Under the pieces are notes generated by a model. That model was not told where the DNA came from and did no database searches. It saw only the letters and a program-made list of their open reading frames with translations. Both the position numbers and the translations under genes were made by a program. A stretch of DNA of 63,991 nucleotides, counting the filler, from Perkinsus olseni (taxonomy: Eukaryota), in the NCBI GenBank assembly GCA_013115125.1. It is 5 parts of 5 records of this genome, joined end to end, with 100 filler letters (N's around TTAATTAATTAA, not from the genome) between each part and the next. Parts side by side here need not be neighbours in the genome. Positions count along the whole stretch, not along the records: positions 26,800 to 40,072 come from JABANN010000765.1; positions 40,173 to 53,419 come from JABANN010000766.1; 3 more parts are not named here. One strand, written 5' to 3'. The first letter of the stretch is position 1. Each line of letters opens with the position of its first letter. Below are positions 35,529 through 46,701 of this stretch, in pieces.

Positions 35529-36955
35529 TCATCGGGAAGAGTACTTCTCCTTATCTAGGTCGGCCTCTGGGGATGACATCGAGTCCATGAGCGAATCGTT
35601 GTAGCTGGAGTTTGGCTCATTCATCATGCGCAGGCCTTTGCCGGTCAGACGGTATCTGCATCGAGGAATCCCACTCCTAGCCTGCAACCTGTTCGCATTC
35701 ATTACCTCCTAGCTGGCCCCTCCTCCCCTAGAACCTCTACCAAGCCCATGGGAGCCATCTCCCCCTCCAACCACCACATAGGGACCCACCCAGCGACGAG
35801 CTTCCAGTCAGCCTGCGTCACTGGCTTCGCGTTGCATAACGTAGCCTGCGATATCAGCATCGGGTGACAAATTCATAGACAAGAGAGCTCACCTCGAAGA
35901 GACTTCTTAGGACTTGGCGATAGTCTCGGCGTTTGCCTGGCTTCAGGACACGCTTGTCCCATCGCTCCATGAGACAGTTCTGACAGTTACTGGTCATCTC
36001 AGGGTTGATGGTGTGACACGTGTCACACTGCCAGCGTCCAAGGTCTAACAATAGGAGGCGATTCAGCAGCTGCTCCGCTGACGGAACAAGCACTCCTACT
36101 ACCCGCAGGAGTGAACCTATGGTCGACCACCGTATGAGTCATGAAGAGGAAACGCTCGTAGATGACGTTCATCTCAATACTATCGAAAGCCAGAACTCGG
36201 AAATTAGGGACGGACTCCTGGATCTGAAAGGACGTGAAGTTCAACAACCGCTGCGTGGCTCCTCTCAGCGTACTTTCTTCAACCACTCCGAGCAGGCCCC
36301 GCAAGGCCAGAGGGGGTTGTCAGTGTGGCCATCGTTCATTTTGGTGGGTACATCGATGACTGCGATGCCCATAAACATGCCCCTGTTGATCCTGGGATGG
36401 ACCGACCGAGCATGGGCGATGGCCGCCCGCTCACTGCAAAGCGACCCAGTGGGTAAAGACACTTCACCATTGATACCCTCGAAGAACTCGTCACTGCCGT
36501 CCTCCATTCGGACGTGCAATACGGACAGCACCAACTTGCCGCTCTTCCGATGGAAGAAGGGATCCGGTTGAAAGCCATCAGCCGTAGTCCTTTCCATGTA
36601 TTCCCGTAATTTATTAGCAAGAACCGCTGTTGGGTCGGTGTCCGGAATGTCCTGGTATTGACGCATTCGCACGTACCTACCACAATAATCGTCTCGCGGC
36701 AAAGGCAGGCCAGGCCGAGCCAGCGTGAGCCCTGCCATTACTCCTTAGTGACCGTCCACATATCGTGGATATCGCCCATCTCCCTGTCCCCGCTCATGCC
36801 GCCCGAAGTCTGCTTCTGAAGGGATTGTGATGCTGCCTCCCCCCACGCCCGCAGTAGCCAAGACCCACCCTCAGCAACAGGTCTTCCCCTCCTTTACTTG
36901 GAGAACACGATGAAGCAGAGGTGGACTCCGATATAGGTGTTTCAGGCGGTCTCAT
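35529..36955 (-). CDS. Cytidine deaminase-fold protein fused to a RanBP2-type zinc finger, multi-exon; start approximate
   Basis: NGEVSLPTGSLCSERAAI and PCGAC zinc motifs, followed by WQCDTCHTINPEMTSNCQNC. Confidence 0.75.
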
Positions 36956-37382
36956 CGAGGTCAACACGAAGTAAAAAAGATTGCTGCATTCTGACGGAGA
37001 GTCCAAAGTTTTAACGCGGGGAAAAACGCTGACATAATCGCTCATTAAGGTTAAGAAACGGCCCAAGATACCAAGATGAAACGCGTTCATGTGCTTGAAT
37101 GAAAAATCTTTGCGAGCCTGCGCTAGGGAGTACTGCAGGACGCACTTAACAGAGAAATTACAATCTTCAGATATCTAGCTTGGTCAGACGTTCCTAGCGT
37201 CACTGAAATTCCCATCACTTCGCGGTCGCGGCTGTCGTGAAGTCGAGATTCAGTGCGTCGTTCCGAACCTTTCCCATCGCTCTCTCGCTATTTACCTTCT
37301 CGTTCTGCGTGCCTCCATCTTCGAACCTGACTGTGTCAGTACGAGTATCAGGTATTGCCGTTCTCAGTTAGCATCTCGCTCC

Positions 37383-39551
37383 ATGTCCGACTCGGTCTTA
37401 ACTGACGTGTTCGCCGTCGTCCCGCCGGTGCTCGGCATGCTCTGGGCGGTTAAGGAGTTGATGGTGCTCAAAAGAGTTCATCTCACCGGCCCTGCACAAG
37501 GTTCTGAACTCAAGACAAGGCTCATGGCTGACGGTTCCACTGACATTCAAAAGACTTTGGATTTGATGCAGGAGATTTCGAAGAACATCGCCGACGGTGC
37601 CACAGCCTTCCTCGTGCAGGAGTATAAGTACATGCTGGTCTACGTCGTCATCTTCAGCGCTATCATCGGCCCGTGTGTGAACCTTGGCACCATGATCGCC
37701 TTCATCGTGGGCTCGCTAACTTCCATTGCGTGTGGCTATATCGGCATGAAGACAGCCGTATTCAGTAACGTTCGCACTGCGCATGAGGCTTGGAAGGATC
37801 TTGCCTCCGGCTATGACGTGGCCATCAGAGGTGGCTCGGTCATGGGGTTCATGTTGGTCTCTCTGGGTGTTCTGAACCTCTTCATCCTGGTCTCTATCTA
37901 CAACCTTGACGTCTTCTACGGTGGTGATCATCCCACCCTTTATGAAGCCATTGCTGGATATGGTCTTGGTGGCTCTTCCATCGCTCTCTTCGGTCGTGTT
38001 GGTGGTGGCATTTACACTAAGGCGGCTGACGTTGGTGCCGATCTCTCGGGTAAAAATGAGTATGGAATGGACGAAGATGATCCGAGGAATCCTGCCTGCA
38101 TTGCGGATAACGTCGGTGACAATGTTGGTGACGTTGCAGGTATGGGCGCTGATCTCTTCGGTTCCTTCGCGGAATCCACTTGTGCTGCTATGGTCATATC
38201 CGCCAGTGCTCCCCACTACATGGAATGGAAGAGCATGATGTTCCCTCTGTTGCTGTCTTCCGGTGGCATTGTTGTTGGGCTTGTCACCATGATGGTCGTC
38301 AACATCTTCTATAAGGTTAAGGAGCTGCCTGATATCGAGAAGGCCCTCAAGGGAGTGTTGGTCATCTCAACCTTCCTCGAAACTCCGTTGGTCGCTGTGC
38401 TTTGCTGGTGGGCTCTTCCTGCTGGTCATTTCGCTATTGACCCGGAGCGGCTTCATTGCACGTGGGGCGACTGCTGCGCCTCGGTACTCCTCGGCCTGTG
38501 GTCTGGCCTGATTATTGGATACAGTACTGAGTACTATACGTCCCACTCCTATACACCTGTCCGTGAAATTTCCGACACCCAGAAGGTCTCTGCTGCGACT
38601 GGTATCATTTACGGGCTGGCTCTGGGTTACCTTTCCTGCATCATTCCAGTACTCTGCCTTGCCGTCACGGTCTGCATCGCTCACACCATCGCTGGCATGT
38701 ACGGTGTTGCTCTTGGTGCATTGGGTATGCTCGGTACATTGAGTATGGGTCTCACCATCGACGCTTACGGCCCGATATCTGATAACGCCGGCGGCATCGC
38801 TGAGATGTCCGAACTCGGTCCTGAGGTGCGTGCTAGAACCGATGCGTTGGATGCTGCTGGAAACACTACCGCTGCTATCGGCAAGGGTTTCGCCATTGGA
38901 TCCGCTGCTTTGGTCTCTCTTGCCTTGTTCGGCGCCTACTGTGTCCGTGCTAAGGTTGATACCGTCAACATTCTCGATCCCTGGACTTTCACTGGTCTGC
39001 TCTTCGGAGCTATGATGCCCTACGCTTTCTCTGCTATGACCATGAAGTCTGTTGGCAAGGCTGCGAATGATATGGTTACCGAGTGCATGAGGCAATTCCC
39101 CAAGATCATCTCTGGTGAAATGCGCCCCCAGTACACTAGGTGTATTGCCATATCTACCGAAGCATCTCTTCGTGAGATGATTGCCCCCGGTTGTCTGGTC
39201 ATTCTCTCCCCTCTCATTGCGGGGTTGCTGTTCGGCAAGAACTGTACCGCTGGCCTATTGTCGGGTGCACTGGTCTCCGGCGTCCAGATGGCTATATCGA
39301 TGTCCAACACCGGTGGTGCCTGGGATAATGCCAAGAAGTACATCGAAGCAGGTGGCCTTGGACCGAACCACCAAAAGGGATCTGCTGCCCATAAGAACGC
39401 TGTGACTGGTGACACTGTCGGCGACCCGTTGAAGGACACCTCCGGTCCATCTATCAATATCCTGATGAAACTATCGGCCATCATGTCTCTGGTCTTCGGT
39501 GGAGTTATCAGAAGCTTCTCCAACGAGGAAGGGGGACCGTTCTGGCTGTGA
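37383..39551 (+). CDS. VP1: Vacuolar H+-translocating pyrophosphatase, K+-dependent type; intronless
   Basis: GGGIYTKAADVGADLSGK, EDDPRNPA, DNVGDNVGD, EYYTS, GDTVGDPLKDTSGP. GNTTAA (Ala, not Lys) indicates the K+-dependent class. Confidence 0.98.
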   Translation: MSDSVLTDVFAVVPPVLGMLWAVKELMVLKRVHLTGPAQGSELKTRLMADGSTDIQKTLDLMQEISKNIADGATAFLVQEYKYMLVYVVIFSAIIGPCVNLGTMIAFIVGSLTSIACGYIGMKTAVFSNVRTAHEAWKDLASGYDVAIRGGSVMGFMLVSLGVLNLFILVSIYNLDVFYGGDHPTLYEAIAGYGLGGSSIALFGRVGGGIYTKAADVGADLSGKNEYGMDEDDPRNPACIADNVGDNVGDVAGMGADLFGSFAESTCAAMVISASAPHYMEWKSMMFPLLLSSGGIVVGLVTMMVVNIFYKVKELPDIEKALKGVLVISTFLETPLVAVLCWWALPAGHFAIDPERLHCTWGDCCASVLLGLWSGLIIGYSTEYYTSHSYTPVREISDTQKVSAATGIIYGLALGYLSCIIPVLCLAVTVCIAHTIAGMYGVALGALGMLGTLSMGLTIDAYGPISDNAGGIAEMSELGPEVRARTDALDAAGNTTAAIGKGFAIGSAALVSLALFGAYCVRAKVDTVNILDPWTFTGLLFGAMMPYAFSAMTMKSVGKAANDMVTECMRQFPKIISGEMRPQYTRCIAISTEASLREMIAPGCLVILSPLIAGLLFGKNCTAGLLSGALVSGVQMAISMSNTGGAWDNAKKYIEAGGLGPNHQKGSAAHKNAVTGDTVGDPLKDTSGPSINILMKLSAIMSLVFGGVIRSFSNEEGGPFWL

Positions 39552-40072
39552 GCGGTGGTACGTATGGAGCTGCTCTGGCGAAACTGACGAGATAATTATG
39601 TCGTACTAGTAAGAATAGTTGTTATACTCTAACGGATATCGAATTTTCTTCTCATGGTTCTTTTGCTGTTGAGTCTGGTAGTCGCGGAGTCTGGGGTTGG
39701 ACAGCTGGTTACGCGGGTCTGGAAGTTGAAGCCTCCGGGGCAGAAATTCTGCTGCAGAATGCTGCTCGATAATCCATGCAAACTTCTGAGTTGAAGAGGT
39801 CGAGTTTGGAAGGTCATCGAAAGGATTGTAGACGTAAAGGCTGGAAGCATAAACCACGTCAACTAATACGGTAGCATCAATTGGGTCCAATGGATGTTAT
39901 TGTTATCTCTTATTGCTGTTGTTACTGACCGTCGGCAGTAGCTTCATTCAGACGGTGGCCAAAATATGAGCGAAAAAGATTTGCCGAGGGCTGTTATCAT
40001 ACACCCCTCCACAAATTCTTAGCATATCCGGTCTTTCGACTCGTGCACTGTCACCTGGACGAGTACGGAACT

Positions 40073-40172
40073 NNNNNNNNNNNNNNNNNNNNNNNNNNNN
40101 NNNNNNNNNNNNNNNNTTAATTAATTAANNNNNNNNNNNNNNNNNNNNNNNNNNNNNNNNNNNNNNNNNNNN
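40073..40172. other. Assembly linker
   Basis: N-run/TTAATTAATTAA/N-run. Confidence 0.98.
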
Positions 40173-40558
40173 CATCGCAGGTCGATGCAACTCTGCCAAT
40201 CAACCCAATCCGCCATGCTTCTTGAGTTAATGTAATAGGCGTTGACTAAGCCGTACTGTCGGCGTTGGGCTTCAAACTCACACACACTCATTAATCGCAT
40301 ATTTAACGTCTAAACATAAGACTTCACTACGTGCGCGAATGTTTGTCGAAGTGCAAGATGAAGGACAGTATGGGATGTTCAGAAACTTGTCAAAAAAGAA
40401 GAGAGAACATCGTCACGAAAAGTGCTCCGAGATATTATCGCGAACTCCGATCACATCTTGAAGACCAGCTGATGTGATTCTTCATCTTCCACGGGATAAC
40501 GCATATCCACAGAACGCAACACTGTAAGATAGGGAGTGAATCATGGGGGGCACTTCAG

Positions 40559-41328
40559 TCACTGCTGCAATACACGACAGGGATTTCCACCGGCAACGAC
40601 TCGCGGTGGGATGTCCTGATGATAAGCTTACTGAAGGAAGGCAGTATATCGCCCTCCATCCCTCACCTTAGTGACGACACTGCCAGGTTGTACGAAACAA
40701 CCATCGCCAATGGTAACACCAGACATTACTAGTGTACCCGAGCCCAGACTAACGTTATCTCCTATCTTAATGGGGCTGCCGAACATGGTCCACGTGCCTC
40801 GGGAAGAGGCCGCGCGCCTACGCAGAGCAGTCGAGGAAGCGCATTACGACGGACTTACGGATGATCCGCAGCATAGAGGTGAACGCCATGACCGAAATTA
40901 ACCTGAAAATATCAATGATTGAAGGGAAGACGACAAGGGCGTCGTCGTCTTGCATTGTTGCCTATCTCCACCGAGGAAGCGTCTAGGATCACTAGCTTTG
41001 GCTCGGCCACGAAGAAGTCACCAATAGTGATATTGAAACCAAAATCACAGCGGAATGGGGGTTCAATCTCTGGCCGATTTCCGCAAGCTCCGAGAAGTTC
41101 TAAAAACACGCATGTAAGAAGTGCCCACTGAGGCTGTCCGAGCTCACCTCGCAGTATTTTCTCCCTATGACAGTCGTCATCTTCTGAATTCAAAAGTTGA
41201 TCAGTTGCATTATAACGCTTGCACAGCTCCTTAGCTCGCGTGTACCATTGTCGGAATAAATCTGCCTCCAACTTGAAGAGCTTGCCACTCCTCATGAGTG
41301 CCAAATACTCTTCTTTAGATGCATTCAT
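40559..41328 (-). CDS. Maltose/galactoside O-acetyltransferase (Maa/LacA), copy 3; most diverged, with a GC-AG intron
   Basis: IEPPFRCDFGFNITIG, hexapeptide repeats, GSVVTK|DIPPRVVAGGNPCRV*. Confidence 0.88.
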
Positions 41329-41431
41329 TGAATTACGAGGATAATTCTGCGGGCATTCGTATGAGTACAAGCTCAACATTCCATAGGAAAAAGAAACCAT
41401 AAAATAGCAATTCAACCAACATGTCAACAAG

Positions 41432-42294
41432 CTAGGTAACATAGCTGATGTTGTTGTCCGCGAGAAACCTCTTCTCCTCTTCGGTGGGCTCGTCAGGCGC
41501 TTCTCTGATCGCTTTACACGGGTTGCCCGCGGCGATCATACCAGCGGGGATGTCCTGACTGAGCCGATGGACGGGCATCAACCGATGCTGCATCACCTTA
41601 GTAACAACACTGCCAGCTCCAATGATACAGCCTGTCCCAATGGTGACCCCAGGGAGGACAACAGTACGACCTCCGATCCATGCATCATCGCCTATCGTAA
41701 TGGGCGCACCATCTTCTATAAAGTGGGTACGGGCAGACACCGCACGTCTGAGGATTAATTCCAATATTGGCATTCACTGAGCATCCTCCCAGCGAACTCA
41801 CGGATGGTTCACCGCGTATAGATGCACACCAGGCCCAAAGAAAACCTGAAGTTGCGAGGATCGAACCCGGGTCGTCCACAGGCGACCGAGCGCACATTGT
41901 TGCCTATCCGCACAGGGCAGGCATCCAATATAACTAGGTCATAGTTGGCGTAGAAGCCATCACCGATATGTATGTTGAAGGCATAGTCGCAGCGGAAAGG
42001 AGGCTCGATGAAGGCACCTTTGCCGCAGGAGCCGAGAGCATCTGCGAGGAGATACTCATAGACGGGACTAAAGAGTGATGAGGGATTTTGCACATAAGAG
42101 TCAACAATACCTTTCAGAAGGCGCTCCCTGACCTGGATGAAATCAGGAGCATCATCATCAGTGGCGTTGTACTCTCTACACCACTTCTTCGCTTTCGCTC
42201 TAAGCCGTATGAGTCCCTCCTTCATAGGTAGATAGAGCTCCCCACGAGTCATGCGCTCCCGGTTATCCTCGTCAGAGATGATCTTCAATGACAT
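41432..42294 (-). CDS. Maltose/galactoside O-acetyltransferase, copy 2
   Basis: [54 protein letters not shown]. Confidence 0.92.
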
Positions 42295-42550
42295 CTAAAA
42301 GATTCGACTGGTTGACCAACTGGATGGTCCTCTGTTAAGCGGTGCCTCTTGCCGGGAGGCCCAGTAACCACCATGATCACGACAGTTGACCGACGCCAGA
42401 GCGGGAGACACGCCATGGCTTATCGATCTTACTGTCTGTAATTACCTCCAACGAAAGGCAGTGGCAATAGTCAAACTTAATAACAACCGTAGAATGAACT
42501 GCGTACACGGATGAATGTCAAACCACTGACTTCGCCGTTTCAGGTGCACC

Positions 42551-43371
42551 TCAGGACTGGTAGGGGATCCCGTACATTTCGAAGAATTCCTTCTCTTCAT
42601 CCGTAGGCTCTTTAGGGGCCGCCTTGATGGGCTTGCATGGATTGCCAGCAGCAATGGTGTGGGCAGGGATATCCTAGGATGGTCATGATCCCCAGAGAGC
42701 TGCACACCAACTCACCTTAGTAACAACGCTGCCAGCTCCAATGATACTTCCTGTCCCAATGGTGACCCCAGGAAGGACAACAGTACGGCCTCCGATCCAT
42801 ACATCATCTCCTATCGTAATTGGTGAACCATATTCAACACAAGTAGCCCGCCCGGCAACGGAACGCCTGAAAAAAGACGAGTAATACCGATAGAGAGAGG
42901 GAGCGAGAACTCACGGGTGTGCAACAGCATATAGATGAACACCTGGGCCGAGTAGAACCTAGAAGGGAGGCAAGAGTGGTGAGCGGGCAACCACCGCGCG
43001 CGGAGCCTACGTTGTTCCCTATGCGCACGGTGGCAGAGTCCAATATGACGAGCTCGTAGTTAGCATAGAAGCCATCCCCTATGAACACATTGAAGCCATA
43101 CTCGCATCGGAAGGGGGGCTCAATCACAGGACCTTGCCCGCATGCTCCGAAGAAACCTAGACAACCACTGGACGACCGCTGCTGGTAGAGCCATACCTTT
43201 CATAAGTTCCTCTCGTTGTGGGCAGGGGCCAGTGATAGAATCATCAGTAGCATTGTACCGTCGGCACCACAATCTAGCTGCGGTCCTGAGCTCATCAAGC
43301 TTCGCCTTGCTGGGGATGTACAGCTGGCCATTGGTCATACGCTCAACGTTCTCCTCCTCGGAAAGGTCCAT
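42551..43371 (-). CDS. Maltose/galactoside O-acetyltransferase, copy 1
   Basis: [54 protein letters not shown]. Confidence 0.92.
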
Positions 43372-43620
43372 GGGGGACGTGCACAAATTCTAAGACACTG
43401 CGATGGAAACGTGAGTATTACCTGCCGAATCGCTAACAGCTAGCGGTGGGTAGAGAATGAGTACTGTTATTCCAACGACTTGACTCGCCTGAGAAAACTG
43501 CCATTGATTTCAGCGGAGCGAAGCACAAACCTGCGCTGTTGCTACGCGGCCGCCCGACACTCTTTCTCCATCACGAAGCTCATCTTTGCCGAAGTTCTTC
43601 CACGGCATATCCTTCATTCA

Positions 43621-45199
43621 ATGACATTCGTCCGGCGTTTTTTCTCCCAGAACTTGAAAGACGCTGCTCTCCAGCTGGTCGGAGTGGTCCTGAGCCTCTG
43701 GGCTCTTCCCAGCCTGCACATCATGCTGAGGGTTGTGAGGGAGAGGCAGGCCCTCAAACCCGACACCTACCCACAGATGACCGACCTACTCTCATCGGTC
43801 CTATGGGCTGTGCTATTCGCCGCTATACAGCACTTCTCAGGAAAGGTAGTATTATGTGGCGCGCGGTCAGGAAAGGGGGTCGACTGCCCTTCGGTCTTTA
43901 AGGAGGGGATATTTCGGGATCGCGAACGGACTGTTAAAACCAATACGCGGTTCCTTCATAACGCGATGCCCGCACAACAGAAGCACCGCGATGGGACAGG
44001 TACTAACGACGCTGGGCTATAGGATAATACCCAGGACTGCATCCTGGTCTTTGGAGGTCTGGGCGGCTAAGGTAAGGTCATTTATGAGGATGCCGACCGT
44101 GTAAGCATGCATCACTCAGGTGGAAAGATTCTCCAACTCCGTCTACAAGCTCTTCGTACATCTCTCCTTCAGCCTAGTATTATTTTTCGTACTTCAGGAC
44201 CAGCCATGGCTTCCACCAGTCATGGGGGGACAGTAAGACACGCCTCAGCCGCAGCGACTGCAGTGGGTAGTACCATCTTTTCAGCGGATCCACGGTCTAC
44301 TGCTGGACCAATGGCTTCCCCTTCCAGCCTCCTGTACCTGCTCTCACTAAGACCTATCAAGTACTACCATCATCGCCACTGCATCCGTGCTACCACAGTC
44401 CTTCTCAGGCCGTTATCGGGTATCTTATGTGCGAGTGTGCTACCCACATGATCAGGGAACGTGACCGTCCAGACTTCACTGAGCTCATGCTGCACAACTC
44501 CTTGGTAAGCTATCATTTCCCTGCCACCCTTCGCACTAGGCCTTTAGGTTCTCTTGCTCACCGTCTGCTCCTACCTCGGCAACTATGTGCGGATGGGATC
44601 CTTGGTCATGCTCTCGAACTTCGCTCCGGATGTGGTTGGTAAGGACCGCTGCTGCTGTCTGGCGACCCTCATACACTGCCATTGTCAGTGTATACCGCCA
44701 AGTCCCTGGTGGACACCCCATGGTCGGGCGGCATCCTCATCTACATCCCGCTGGCCTTATCCTATTTCTATGGCAGGCTGTACATTTTCATAGGGTGGGT
44801 CGTCAGTCCTCGCTAACACTAGTACTCATGCGTCGTTCAGGTACTTGTTCCGCTCAGTCTGGATTGAAGCCCCGCGGATGGCCCCTGAGGAGATCCAGGA
44901 GTACTGGAGCTTCCTAGTCACTCTATTGTGTGTCATGCTGGTCATGAACACCTACTGGTACTACGGCCGACGGTGGGGGCGTGCGGTGATTCGCTCTCGG
45001 GCTCAGGTTCGTAATGATTTTAAAAATTGGCCTTTTCATTCTGTCCACGGGTCAGAGTAGGGATATTCAAGCCAATCTGTCGGCCATCGATTTAGACAGC
45101 AAGAAGGCCGTTCTGTCGCCCCGCGCCTCCGCCTCCGCACGACACCAACAGCAGCCCCTATCATCCTCAGCGAAGAAGAGTAGCAAGAAGAGTGAGTGA
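43621..45199 (+). CDS. TLC-domain Lag1/ceramide synthase-like protein with a degenerate Lag1 motif, multi-exon
   Basis: VERFSNSVYKL, DQPWLPPVMGG, RPDFTELMLHNSL|VLLLTVCSYLGNYVRMGSLVMLSNFAPD, and a C-terminal RDI. Confidence 0.8.
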
Positions 45200-45487
45200 A
45201 CCCTCACAGGACCCCTGGGACGACTCTCAATGTCACTTGTTTAGCAGTGATAACATTGATTCTTCCGTTGGCCTCTTGATTCCTAACAACCACAATTGAA
45301 TACGCTGTACTATTAAAGTCCTTTGATGATGCCAACAACAGCACGACAGTCATAGGGTAAAGTACTACTGTAGTTCATTGACAACCCACCATAATGGTCT
45401 CGAGTAGCCTGCACTCCTGCTGTCTTGGGTTCAAGTCCTTATCAATCGCACCAGGAATACGTACGGGCCGTCCTCAGTAGATAATCT

Positions 45488-46558
45488 ATGTCTGAGAGGC
45501 CAATGTTCGTAGTGTCTGGCCTTGGTCGCCAAGGTCACTTTGCGGCCCTTGATTCTTTGGTAGAAGCACGGCAAGCTATCGCGGAGGAGCCCGTGAACCC
45601 TGAGGAGTACATTACTACTATGACTGATGACCAAGTGAGGGAGAAGGCTAGGTAGTACACGGGGGGAGGGGCCGGCAGGAATACCGCAGCTAGAGGTGTC
45701 AGATTCGCGGCTACTGCGGATCCGCTGAAGAACGTAGAGTCCAACACTGATATATTCCAGAATTCCGATGACAGTGATGAGGTCGAGTACGATGCTGATC
45801 TCCTATGGTAAATGGGAGCGGCCTGTGGATGCCTTTGGTAGCAACCCTTTCTCGCCTTCAGCGCGTCGAAGCCCAAGGGAGGCCTTGCCAAGTTGACGTC
45901 AGGGATAAAGATTCCTGGCTTCGTTACTCAGCCTGATAAATACACGAAGTAGCCGCCTTAGATCTCCGGCAGGTCTGATGATTCCTTTTCAGGTACTCCT
46001 TAGAAAAGGTTGATTCCCTGGGCAGGGCTGCCAATGAGCGTATAGCAGTGGACTTCATCTACAAGCTACGTGGAGAGCAGCCACCTGACGCCATACTCCC
46101 CCCTTCTCCGGACTCGTTCGTGCCGCAATATCGACGACGGGCAGCCGAGAGAGACACCGATATGGCGATGGCGACGGAGGGGAGTTCTGAAGGGGTTGGC
46201 GTTAGGATGGTGAGCTCGGAAGGGGTGCTCCTCTACCCGCCCATCGTCTGTTGTAGGATAACTGCCGAGTCATGCCGGAGTGGACGCCCTTCAATCAAGC
46301 TCAGCGGCGGAGTCGGTCCCGATCATCCAGTCAGAGTCGTCAGCCCCGTCGGAAGCTAGGTGAGGGCGAATCGGGCGAACAGCAGTACTCAGTGGAGGGA
46401 AAGAGCTTGAAAGGAGCGGTAGGGGGTGTACTGAGGCATTCGTCTCGAGTGATGGTGCCTTGCATCAGATTAGCATCCCTGAGGAAGAGGAGGATGACGA
46501 TGACGACGAGGATGACTACTCGGACATGCCTGGGCTGATGGAGCTCGATATCGACTAG
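45488..46558 (+). CDS. TSSC4: TSSC4-like U5 snRNP chaperone, multi-exon
   Basis: IPGFVTQPDKYTK|YSLEKVD...ANERIAVDFI and VMPEW match the two TSSC4 conserved blocks (PxxWTKYSLEDV; MPEY) as I recall them; acidic tail. Confidence 0.7.
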
Positions 46559-46701
46559 CCGTCATTTACTCGTACATCGACAGTAGTTGAGATTATCGTT
46601 CCAAATGTTGTAAAGTTTCATTGTAACTATTTATATTCTGGTATTGTCATTTGCGTTACAGTCAGTGGGGTGGTAGTGGCGGCCTATAGTGCAGTGAACT
46701 C

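Noticed and set aside
37716-39523. Long antisense and alternate-frame ORFs over the V-PPase (also over the S41 and Atg11-like genes)
   Set aside because: Shadow ORFs caused by codon bias; no recognisable motifs.
39606-40072. Minus-strand 94-aa ORF at the contig end
   Set aside because: No recognisable family and truncated context; cannot be supported.
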